From: Tubiluchus corallicola
Lineage: Eukaryota > Animalia > Priapulida
NCBI GenBank assembly: GCA_030141605.1
Contig: JAQGDQ010000423.1
Location: forward strand, 84,177-148,176
Direction: 5' to 3'
DNA length: 64,000 nt
The position numbers and the translations under genes are program-made. This document shows positions 48,394-59,935 of the stretch, piece after piece; within the stretch, counting starts at the first letter, position 1; every line of letters begins with the position of its first letter. The notes under the pieces are model-generated. The model was not told the origin of the DNA, did no database searches, and was given only the letters and a program-made list of their open reading frames with translations.

Positions 48394-49558
48394 CTCAAAG
48401 TATTCTTTGTCTCATTGTCTAAAACTTGGACTAAAAGTATTCTTTGTCTCATTGTCTAAAACTTGGACTCAAAGTATTCTTTGTCTCGTTGTCTAAAACT
48501 TGGACTCAAAGTATTCTTTGTCTCATTGCCTAAAACTTGGACTCAAAGTATTCTTTGTCTCGTTGTCTAAAACTTGGACTCAAAGTATTCTTTGTCTCAT
48601 TGTCTAAAACATGGACTCAAAGTATTCTTTGTCTCATTGTCTAAAACATGGACTCAAAGTATTCTTTGTCTCATTGTCTAAAACATGGACTCAAAGTATT
48701 CTTTGTCTCGTTGTCTAAAACTTGGACTCAAAGTATTCTTTGTCTCATTGTCTAAAACTCAGACTCAAAGTATTCTTTGTCTCATTGTGTAAAACTTGGA
48801 CTCAAAGTATTCTTTGTCTCATTGTCTAAAACTTGGACTCAAAGTATTCTTTGTCTCGTTGTCTAAAACTTGGACTCAAAGTATTCTTTGTCTCATTGTC
48901 TAAAACTTGGACTCAAAGTATTCTTTGTCTCATTGTCTCATTGTCTAAAACTTGGACTCAAAGTATTCTTTGTCTCATTGTCTAAAACTTGGACTCAAAG
49001 TATTCTTTGTCTCATTGTCTAAAACTTGGACTCAAACTATTCTTTGTCTCATTGTCTAAAACTTGGACTCAAAGTATTCTTTGTCTCATTGTCTAAAACT
49101 TGGACTCAAAGTATTCTTTGTCTCATTGTCTAAAACTTGGACTCAAAGTATTCTTTGTCTCGTTGTCTAAAACTTGGACTCAAACTATTCTTTGTCTCAT
49201 TGTCTAAAACTTGGACTCAAAGTATTCTTTGTCTCATTGTCTAAAACTTGGACTCAAAGTATTCTTTGTCTCATTGTCTAAAACTTGGACTCAAACTATT
49301 CTTTGTCTCATTGTCTAAAACTTGGACTCAAAGTATTCTTTGTCTCATTGTCTAAAACTTGGACTCAAAGTATTATTTGTCTCATTGTCTAAAACTCAGA
49401 CTCAAAGTATTCTTTGTCTCATTGTCTAAAACTTGGACTCAAACTATTCTTTGTCTCATTGTCTAAAACTTGGACTCAAAGTATTCTTTGTCTCATTGTC
49501 TAAAACTTGGACTCAAAGTATTCTTTGTCTCATTGTCTAAAACTTGGACTCAAAGTAT
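48394..49558. repeat. 37-bp satellite, about 31 copies
   Basis: Unit ctcaaagtattctttgtctcattgtctaaaacttgga. Confidence 0.97.
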
Positions 49559-50597
49559 CCTACAAAGGTTAGCATTTGTTTTTAATATTTGAATAATTAC
49601 TTTGGAAAGTTAATTAATGGCAACCGAACGCAGCTGTCACTTACGTCAAAAACTAACCACAGTTTGTGCACGTTTGCGTAAGCGAAGATTGCTATAGGTC
49701 GCTGATGTGATGTCACGAAAATGAGCTCTATGTCACACTGACGTCAGAAGCGAACACTGCAGTTCACGGTCGTGTTTATCACGGTACCGCGCCTATTTGT
49801 CGTCTAGGCGAATGTCACAAAAAGGCGCCATTGGCAGTCTTAGTGAATTCACTGAGGCGCGCTTAGCTTTGAAAGTTTAACATAACTGTCCGAGGTAATT
49901 ATGATTAAATCTAAGCTTTGATTTTAAAAAATAGCTGTTGTAGTTTTCAATATCTTAGAGCATACTTTATTTTGAACTAATGTCTGTAGATGCAGTCGTT
50001 TGGTTCCTTTAACATAAAATATTCAACGCCTGAGTCATTGCAGTACAGTGCCTTATATGGATCGCGATCCTTATATGGCACGTGATTGTTGCTAATGATC
50101 ACAAAAAGAGCTCAAATAACGTTTGCCTTGGATACTGAGATCTGTGTCCTTAAATGTTCTTGATGAATCAAAAATAAGAGAGTTAAAAATAACTTGATTG
50201 CAATCATCAGCTCTTTAAAAATATCTGACGTGCAAAAATACACGGTGAAAATTCTCGTGTGTAAATTCGATTTAAGTCTAAACTTAGGTGCTGCTTGATT
50301 TATTGCTGTGTTTATAATGGTCGTCAGATAACTGAGTCTGATTAGAAATAGCCTAGGTGAAGTTTTGCTTTTATTTCCTAGCGTCAGCGGGAGATCAATA
50401 AGTGGACATTACGTGCATGTGCCTGTCTAGCTTATTATACACCTACAACTTTTATAGTGGGCGCGTGCGTCTGTTTAATCTGCTACTGTTTGCGCAATAT
50501 TTTGCAGCTAGTCGGCGAGGCAATTGGTCAAGGGGGGGGGGGAGGGGGTTGGACACTAGCTAACAATGCGCGACTTGTGTGATTGAAATGAGTATAC

Positions 50598-51190
50598 GAT
50601 TTTGCACAAGAAAACCCTTGATTTTGTACAAGAAACCCCTTGATTTTGCACGAGAAAACCCTTGATTTTGTACAAGAAACCCCTTGATTTTGCACGAGAA
50701 AACCCTTGATTTTGCACAAGAAAACCCTTGATTTTGCACAAGAAAACCCTTGATTTTGTACAAGAAATCCCTTGATTTTGCACAAGTAACCCCTTGATTT
50801 TGCACAAGAAAACCCTTGATTTTGTACAAGAAACCCCTTGATTTTGCACAAGAAAACCCTTGATTTTGCAAGAAAACCCTTGATTTTGTACAAGAAAACC
50901 CTTGATTTTGTACGAGAAAACCTTTGAATTTTCACAAGAAAACCCTTGATTTTGTACAAGAAAACCCTTGATTTTGCACAAGAAACCCCTTGATTTTGCA
51001 CAAGAAAACCCTTGATTTTGTACAAGAAACCCCTTGATTTTGCACAAGAAAACCCTTGATTTTGCACAAGAAAACCCTTGATTTTGTACAAGAAAACCCT
51101 TGATTTTGTACAAGAAAACCCTTGATTTTGTACAAGAAAACCCTTGATTTCGTACAAGAAAACCTTTGAATTTGTACAAGAAAACCCTTG
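50598..51190. repeat. 22-bp minisatellite, about 27 copies
   Basis: Unit gattttg(c/t)acaagaaaaccctt. Confidence 0.97.
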
Positions 51191-52283
51191 TTTTATTTAC
51201 TTATTTATTTTATTAACACCAAACTGTAAAATACACTCTACACTAAAAACAATATAATATAAAACACGTTGGCAAAAAAACATACAAAAAAAACATCAGT
51301 AGAAGTGCTTGAATTCATCTTGAAGCTACATGTTATCTTATTGCGTACTGGGTTTGTGTTAACAGTAACGCTGTATAATTTAAACTCTAAGACCAACGTC
51401 TACAATAAAACGATATAATATAAAACACGTTGGCAGAAAACATACAAATACAATATTTACAAGAGTGTAGTGAAGACACAAAGAGATTAACTGCTTACAC
51501 GTGTCTATTGTGTACAAGGAATTTATGCAAGTTAAGTTTATATAAGCGGCTTTTAAATAACTTAATATTTTGTGCAGTTACCAGGGGTGTTACAAAGGTG
51601 TACCCTTAACTTAGATAAAGCTTGAAAAATTCTGGAAATTTTATGCCACTTACGTACTGTTTTATGCATGCAGGGCTTGCATCGGCAGTAACGCTGCATG
51701 AAACTAAATTTGTAAATTTAAATTTAAACACTCGCGATGACAGTTAGACGCAGTCATTTTAACGGTAAGTCGTTTACAACAAGTTTAGATAACACTGAGC
51801 TAAATTTGAAATAAACAGAGCATTCGTAGTATACATGCTGCTAACAAAGTAAAATTTAAAATTACTGTATCTTGTCAATAAGATTAAAAATACGTTTTTG
51901 GCTAGTGATTGGTGTACCCCGGAGGGTGAGTCAGCGATATTTTACCAACTGGCACGAAGATTTTAAATTATTATTTCTAGTTACATGAGTTTTTTTCTAG
52001 CAGGTAAGCGAAATGATGAGTAATGTAGATTTACGTTTGCGTAGTGCACATGTAATGGCGCCGTCCACACACTATTGCGGGAGATTTAAAATGAAAACAA
52101 ACAAAAATTCCTTTTAACGCGAGTACGATATACGCATAAAATTGCTGTAAAGTAATAAAAATTTTTAAAGCGATTTTCCTGAAACCACTTCAGTTACCCC
52201 CTTTTCTTGTCCTTTAAACGTTACATTTTTGGACCTTATAAAGTTGAGTAAAAAGTAGGGCTGCCACAACACCATGAGGGGAA

Positions 52284-52586
52284 GTCGGGAGTCAAGCTAG
52301 GGGGCCTGTAAGTTCCCACAGTGGGGGCTGGGACGGAAACCAAACATTTTATGCATTGTAGACGTTTCATGAGGTCCTTAAGGGCAGTCGGGAGTCAAGC
52401 TAGGGGGCCTGTAAGCTTCCACAGTGGGGCATGGGACGGAAACCAAACATTTTATGCATTGTAGATGTTTCATGAGGTCCTTAAGGGCAGTCGGGAGTCA
52501 AGTTAGGGGGGCCTGTAAGCTTCCACAGTGGGGGCGGGGACGGAAACCAAACATTTTATGCATTGTAGATGTTTCATGAGGTCCTT
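52284..52586. repeat. About 102-bp tandem repeat, 3 copies
   Basis: gtcgggagtcaag.tagggggcc...catgaggtcctt at about 52285, 52387 and 52490. Confidence 0.92.
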
Positions 52587-54033
52587 CTCAGAAACTAAAG
52601 TCCAAAAATTCAAACTACAAAGTAGCAAAAATTGTTGATTTTAGACTAGAAAAATGTCCCAGAAGACTAAACTTATAAAAGTTCATGGAGTGATGATGAA
52701 GCCATGCAACTTAAAATGAAGCCATACAACCGCTTAAATTTAAGTTGACTGTTACCTTAATTAACAGACTCAATGGTTTCCCGGCTTAACCTTTTGCAAA
52801 GTTTAAATAACACGCAAGCTTATATTTCCACTTTTTGTCCACTTAAATTTCAGTTTGATGGTCAAAATCGGGAGATTTCAGAATTTTTCAAAAGTTCGAC
52901 TGAATTACGAATCTATAGCTAAATTTCAGGAGACTCCGGGCCGAATCGGGAGTGGTGGCAACCTAAAAAGGCACCCGTTATCCGGATTTTGTAAAATTTG
53001 CAATTATTTTCGACCATTCGACTTTTATTGAGTAAATCTAAGTTTGCTTTAGAAATCCGTTACATAGTGACATAAAATGTTTTACTTCTAAGTTGACTCA
53101 TATGGCTTATCTTCATTAAAGCTTTAAATGTATTGGAAAGAGAATAGGCCTTTTCACAGTTCCAGCGATTGATGATGATCGTGAAAAGGTCAAAGGTTAA
53201 CCGTAGCAGGCGTGTGTGGTGAAACGGAAGTGGTGCTGACAAGCCACTGGCGTAGCAGTTTCTAGTTTTTTTTGCTGGATTACTGCTGCGTTTACCTGAC
53301 TGAAGGCAGATTTCTTTTATTTTAGAATTCTGCCTGCCCAGTGTCTACCAATAGACGGTGACGGGCGTATGATGATGATGATGATGTAGCAGGCAACACA
53401 TGTCACGTGACGGTTGTAGTTAAGACGCGTTGCTAGAGTACACTTAAGGGCACTACGTGTGACTGCATTGTTTTTAATGTATATTTATGTACGAGTAAAT
53501 AATAAATAAATAAATAAATAACCTTTAACCTACAGCAACTGCGCATGCGCACAACGAAACTGTGAAAATTTTTAGTGCAAGGAGTTAATAGAATTACTCA
53601 CCTGTATAGAGTTAATAGAACTTTTATAATTGCAGTAGTTAGTGTTAAAACACTGTGTTAGTGAATTGCTGCCGTATTGTTAAGGTTTACACTTTTTTCG
53701 GCTGCATTTTAATACAGACCAGGGATTTACAGTAAGCTCCTTCCGCTTCCGTTAGTACCGTGATTCCAGAAAAACAGAAGCCCGAAGTAATAAAAATAAG
53801 AGTTATTGCCTCATTTTTGCTGAATTTATGCGCTTTAATATTTAGTATCCATGCCATTTGCGCAGCTTCATCAACGGCAGATGCAATATGACGTCACGTG
53901 CTGGTCGGGAGCTGACGATTATTTATATTTTGTCATAATTATTATAGATGTTATTCAACTGACCCAATCCGTAGGAGAGACGGATTACTGAATGAATTAT
54001 GTTACACAATTATGCATCACATTTTTTCAGTTA

Positions 54034-54596
54034 TATAGGTTTTACACGTCAAATGTAGACATAGGAAAGTTCAAATGTGACTTAGGTAAGTCAAATGTAG
54101 ATGCAATACTTTGAATGAATCGGTAATTTAGTTATTTAGGTGCAAATTAGAAAAAGATAAACCAAAGATAGTGCATCTATTAGTAGACCTATAACGTTGT
54201 TATTTCAACTTAGGAGTAATTATTAAATTGAAATTAAAGAAGATTAAATTTAACATCCTTGAACTTTACCACCTATCCACATTTGAGATACCAATGTCAC
54301 ATTTGACTTGACATGTGTCTACATTTGACTTACCAAAAACGCTTAAGATTTCTTGAAAACCATTGTTAACACATTTGAACTACCTAAGTCTACATTTGAG
54401 TTACCAAGACACATTTGAACTACCTAAGTCTACATTTGAGTTACCAAGACACATTTGAATTATCTAAATCTACATTTGAGTTACCAAGACACATTTGAAT
54501 TATCTAAATCTACATTTGAGTTACCAAGACACATTTGAATTATCTAAATCTACATTTGAGTTAACACAGGTATACATTTGACATGTAAAACCTATA
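54034..54596. mobile_element. MITE-like element with internal acatttga subrepeats (mirrored at about 62157-62687)
   Basis: Inverted ends tataggttttacacgtcaaatgta / tacatttgacatgtaaaacctata; 40-bp tandem units at 54371-54562. Confidence 0.7.
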
Positions 54597-55476
54597 ATAG
54601 CAGTATGTATTCATATCAGACTGGACAATACCACAAGTTCCATATTCCTAAGTGCAGAACAAACGTTATGAAACATTCTGTCATGTATAATGGTGCTGTA
54701 ATGTAGAATAATTTACCCAGTAAAATAAAACAAGCCAGTAATATAAATAAATTTAAGAAACTTTTAAAAAATATTTACTAGAAAATATGTGATTTGATAA
54801 ATGATGTAAGATGTAAATTTTTTACCATAATTATACAATTTTACCGTACTAATCAAGTTTTAATCTTTTTACCGGCACCTTTAATTTATTTACTTAATTA
54901 ATTAGTTAATTAACGAATTAATTTACTTGTGTGTTTATATTGTACTAACCATGTACTATGTATTTTCTACTTTTAGCAGTAATTTTACTTTCTGTACATT
55001 GTAGATATGTTCTACGATGTTTTTAATGGACATATAAGCCTCTTGACTTCAGTTCGTATTATAAATAAAAAATACTAAACGCGTAGAATAAATGCCCCAG
55101 GAATTTAACAGGTAAACTAAAAAGTGTTTAAGCAGCAAGCAGTTCTTTTCAACAAATCACATGTCTACGATAATGTAATTATATTGTACGTGTGTGTGCA
55201 TTGCACTATTAATACAACAACACAGTTTAATTGCCAGAGGAATTTTCTGCATGGAAGAGCAGGAGAAATGCAGAAGGTTTCAGTCACCATCAATTGTTGC
55301 GCAACACGTTTGTTGTACCAGCCCAGCAACAAAACGTCTGGAATTTATTATTGTTCACCTGTAAAATTTACCTAGGCGTCAGAGACAAGACTGGCATTAC
55401 GACCTGTACGGGTTACGGGTTAGCAAACTCTAGATGCTACGACCTTGTTGGTCTGCGAGGTTATTCCACTTTCAAA

Positions 55477-56443
55477 TTCTGCGTCTTTACGAGGCGAGTT
55501 ACCTGTATGTCTGAGACACCTGGGATGCTGATGATTCTGCGTCTCTACGAGGCGAGTTACCTGTATGTCTGAGACACCTGGGATGCTGATGATTCTGCGT
55601 CTCTACGAGGCGAGTTACCTGTATGTCTGAGACACATGGGATGCTGATGATTCTGCGTCTCTACGAGGCGAGTTACCTGTATGTCTGAGACACCTGGGAT
55701 GCTGATGATTCTGCGTCTCTACGAGGTGAGTTACCTGTATGTCTGAGACACCTGGGATGCTGATGATTCTGCGTCTCTACGAGGCGAGTTACCTGTATGT
55801 CTGAGACACCTGGGATGCTGATAATTCTGCGTCTCTACGTGGTGAGTTACCTGTATGTCTGAGACACCCAATAAGTGGCTGAGATGCTGATAATTCTGCA
55901 TCTCTACGAGGCGAGTTACCTGTATGTCTGAGACACCTGGGATGCTGATGATTCTGCGTCTTTACGAGGTGAGTTACCTGTATGTCTGAGACACCTGGGA
56001 TGCTGATGATTCTGCGTCTCTACGAGGCGAGTTACCTGTATGTCTGAGACACCTGGGATGCTGATAATTCTGCGTCTCTACGTGGTGAGTTACCTGTATG
56101 TCTGAGACACCCAATAAGTGGCTGAGATGCTGATAATTCTGCATCTCTACGAGGCGAGTTACCTGTATGTCTGAGACACCTGGGATGCTGATGATTCTGC
56201 GTCTTTACGAGGTGAGTTACCTGTATGTCTGAGACACCTGGGATGCTGATGATTCTGCGTCTCTACGAGGCGAGTTACCTGTATGTCTGAGACACCTGGG
56301 ATGCTGATAATTCTGCGTCTCTACGTGGTGAGTTACCTGTATGTCTGAGACACCCAATAAGTGGCTGAGATGCTGATAATTCTGCATCTCTACGAGGCGA
56401 GTTACCTGTATGTCTGAGACACCCAATAAGCGGCTGGGATGCT
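55477..56443. repeat. 58/69-bp minisatellite with a 243-bp higher-order period (mirrored at about 60265-61277)
   Basis: Unit gattctgcgtctctacgaggcgagttacctgtatgtctgagacacctgggatgctgat; the 69-bp variant marker occurs at 55867, 56110 and 56353. Confidence 0.95.
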
Positions 56444-56513
56444 CATAACTGTGACATACATACTACAGCCATCTATTATATTTGAGTCTACAATTATCTG
56501 CTTGAGCTTCATC

Positions 56514-56735
56514 GTGGTGTCGTCCCTCCTTCCCACTTCCGCCAGGTTCTGTCTGGGATAGGAAGGTGGTGTCGTCCCTCCTTCTCCACTTCCGCCCGGT
56601 TCTGTCCGGGATAGGAAGGTGGTGTCGTCCCTCCTTCTCCACTTCCGCCCGGTTCTGTCCGGGATAGGAAGGTGGTGTCGTCCCTCCTTCTCCACTTCCG
56701 CCCGGTTCTGTCCGGGATAGGAAGGTGGTGTCGTC
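56514..56735. repeat. 53-bp tandem repeat, about 4 copies (mirrored at 59936-60194, about 5 copies)
   Basis: Unit gataggaaggtggtgtcgtccctccttctccacttccgcccggttctgtccgg. Confidence 0.95.
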
Positions 56736-56790
56736 CTCCAGGGGGGCGTCGTGCCAAGATAATATTTTTTTGCTTTATGCGAACATATTG

Positions 56791-56833
<43 letters not shown>

Positions 56834-57923
56834 CGCACGCACGCCGCTTGCCAGTATTGACAAGCATTAAGGACTGGTCTTGAGAATAAAGCCGTTTTTC
56901 TTTCAATTGTTTTTTCCTTTAACAACTGTATAACTCCATATTTTCTCTTCGAAAATGCTTCTCCGGCGTTCTAGCAGTTCAAAAATTTTCTGGGCGCCAA
57001 CCATTGTAGCGACCGCCCCCCGGCGCTTCGGATGGGGCCGCACACGCCCCACTTCCCCGGGCCTCGCTTAGGCTGAAATAGGCCCTGAAAGACAGTACTG
57101 TAAATTTTCATTTCACCGGGCTATCCAAACCACTAGTGAAGCGCTGAGGCCCTAGTGCTTTGTGGCAACAGTTATTCTTATACTGACATCATTCTGAAGT
57201 AGCTACCACATATTCACTAAAACAATGCTTATTGTGGTTGTGCTGGACAAACCAGACGTGGCATGATAATAAACCCAAAAGTCACCATCACCTTCTGAAA
57301 TACCGTACACGGCTCACGAGAATTTCATGAAAAATATCTGTACAGAACTCTAGGGATATGGACAGTAGTATTAATCCAGTAAATTGCTGATGGTATTATA
57401 TTTGGCACAAATTTGATATGCCACACAAGATTCAGTGGGCACTCGGCCAGATAGCCACAGTCCACATGCTGCTAAACCATAGGATGCTCTGCATTGTAGC
57501 CTCCACTTACATACTGCCTTTTTGCAGGCAGGGCTTGCGTTGGCAGTAACGCTGTATAAAACTTATAAATTCAAACTCCCGCGATGACCGTTAGATGCAG
57601 GTATTTTGGCGATAAGTCGTTTGAAACAAGTTTAGATAACATTGCGTGAAGTTTGAAAAAATAATCAGACCATTCATAGCAGACATGTTACTAAGTAAAA
57701 TTTTAAATTATTGTATCTTCTCAATAAGAGTGAAAAAGTGTTTTTGGTTTGTGAGTGGCGCACCCTGGAGGGTGAGCCAGCGACATTTTACTATTTGACA
57801 GCATTGCAGGAGATTTAAAATGAACTAACACAAAAGTTCCTTTCAACGCGAGTACGATATATATATATATATATAAAATTACTGTATAGTAATATAATTT
57901 TTTAAGGCGATTTTTCTGAACAC

Positions 57924-58831
57924 CGACTTCAGGTATCCCTTTTCTTGTCCTTTCTACCAGTTGGAAGCTGCCTGCTCACCAATCAAATGAACCAATGCCA
58001 ATGACAACACGTCTGTTTCGCTAGTTCTTGCTGCGAGGCGTTACTGAAAGCGACTTCAGGTATCCCTTTTCTTGTCCTTTAATTCTACCAGTTGGAAGCT
58101 GCCTGCTCACCAATCAAATGAACCAATGCCAATGACAACACGTCTGTTTCGCTAGTTCTTGCTGCGAGGCGTTACTGAAAGCGACTTCAGGTGCCCCTTT
58201 TCTTCTCCTTTAATTCTACCAGTTGGAAACTGCCTGCTCACCAATCAAATGAACCAATGCCAATGACAACACGTCTGTTTCGCTAGTTCTTGCTGCAAGG
58301 CGTTACTGAAAGTGACTTCAGGTATCCCTTTTCTTGTCCTTTAATTCTACCAGTTGGAAGCTGCCTGCTCAACGAATCAAATGAACCAATGCCAATGACA
58401 ACACGTCTGTTTCGCTAGTTCTTGCTGCGAGGCGTTACTGAAAGCGACTTCAGGTATCCCTTTTCTTGTCCTTTAATTCTACCAGTTGGAAGCTGCCTGC
58501 TCACGAATCAAATGAACCAGTGCCAATGACAGCACGTCAGTTTCGCTAGTTCTTGCTGCGAGGCGTTACTGAAAGCGACTTCAGGTATCCCTTTTCTTGT
58601 CCTTTAATTCTACCAGTTGGAAGCTGCCTGCTCACGAATCAAATGAACCAATGCCAATGACAACACGTCTATTTCGCTAGTTCTTGCTGCGAGGCGTTAC
58701 TGAAAGCGACTTCAGGTATCCCTTTTCTTTGTACTTTAATTCTACCAGTTGGAAGCTGCCTGCTCACGAATCAAATGAACCAATGCCAATGACAACACGT
58801 CTGTTTCGCTAGTTCTTGCTGCGAGGCGTTA
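57924..58831. repeat. About 131-bp tandem repeat, 7 copies
   Basis: Units start cgacttcaggtatcccttttcttgtcc at about 57924, 58051, 58182, 58313, 58445, 58576 and 58707. Confidence 0.95.
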
Positions 58832-59935
58832 TTACTTATTAGGGTAAAATAATCAACTTGGTATTGACTTAGCGTTTATTATAACAACGCACAACACCCA
58901 GCTGAAAGGATAATGAAAGCTAAAATGCCCAAACGATTTGCACGCGGCGTTAGACGTTCATTTTCTTTCTATGCAAAACTGCGTCACTTTCTTACTCCTC
59001 AATTGCTGCACAAATTGCAGTTACAAGAACTCGGCGGGAGGTTCTTAAGAAGCGAGAATTTACTGATCGAAGGAGGAGGAGGAGGAGGAGGGGGGCTTGC
59101 CTAATTCCTTTTGGGGTTCAGTTAACGTAGCAAATTCCCAGGAACGCAGGGGCTGGATGCTTTAAGCAAAACCGGACCCAATTTGAAACTGTAGGTCAAA
59201 ACAAACTACTGTACTCTTTAAAATGTTGAAAGCAAACACAATTTTTTCGAAAGCGACCTACGTTAAAGAATTATTACCACACAGACGCAATTTCACGTTC
59301 GCGGCACTAGTTCTTCTCTGTTACAAGCATTTCACCATTCACTAGTTAGACAGGCACTAGCACCTGCACTTCTAAAACGCACTGCACGAAAAAACAGGTG
59401 CTGTACCCTCAGTTCAGAAATGTTAGTTTGTGACGGACTACACGTTCGACAGCTCATGCGTAAGCACAGCGTTAAACTTCAAATTTCAATTTTTATCTTA
59501 AAACTTGCCTAGTTTTAGTAACAACACACTGAATATCTTACAGTAGCATGGTATTTCAATTTTCGCTTTCGCAAACACGTGCAACACGCTCGTGGAATAT
59601 TTTTGCTGTTGAAAATTATGTTAGTTTGTGACGTCATCAATAGTTGGCCTCGGCCGCCGTTAATTTAATCTGTTATTTAATTATCAGAAACGCTTTTGCA
59701 GTACAACGTATACCTTTTACCATACTTGAAAATGGGGTAGTATACGAAAAATCATCCTGTCTTCCTTTTAGTTTTGATATGGAGTTTGGAAAAGTGACAC
59801 CACAGCTCTTAGATGCAAAAAAGTAGTGCCTTCTGTACACCATCACACAGAACGCGAGAGAATGAATGGATTAAAAGGTAAAACCAACAAGCGAACGAGA
59901 AAACAACTGATAGACGAAAGATCTCAAAGGATAGC

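Larger units (their letters stand above)
52721..56735 (+). repeat. Left arm of a large inverted duplication
   Basis: Reverse complement of 59936-64000; identical spurious ORFs are mirrored (53060-53242 vs 63479-63661; 55124-55375 vs 61378-61629). Confidence 0.97.

Noticed and set aside
50528-51179. ORFs of about 200 aa with KIKGFLVQNQGFSC repeats
   Set aside because: Translations of a 22-bp minisatellite cycling through frames; no splice or domain support.
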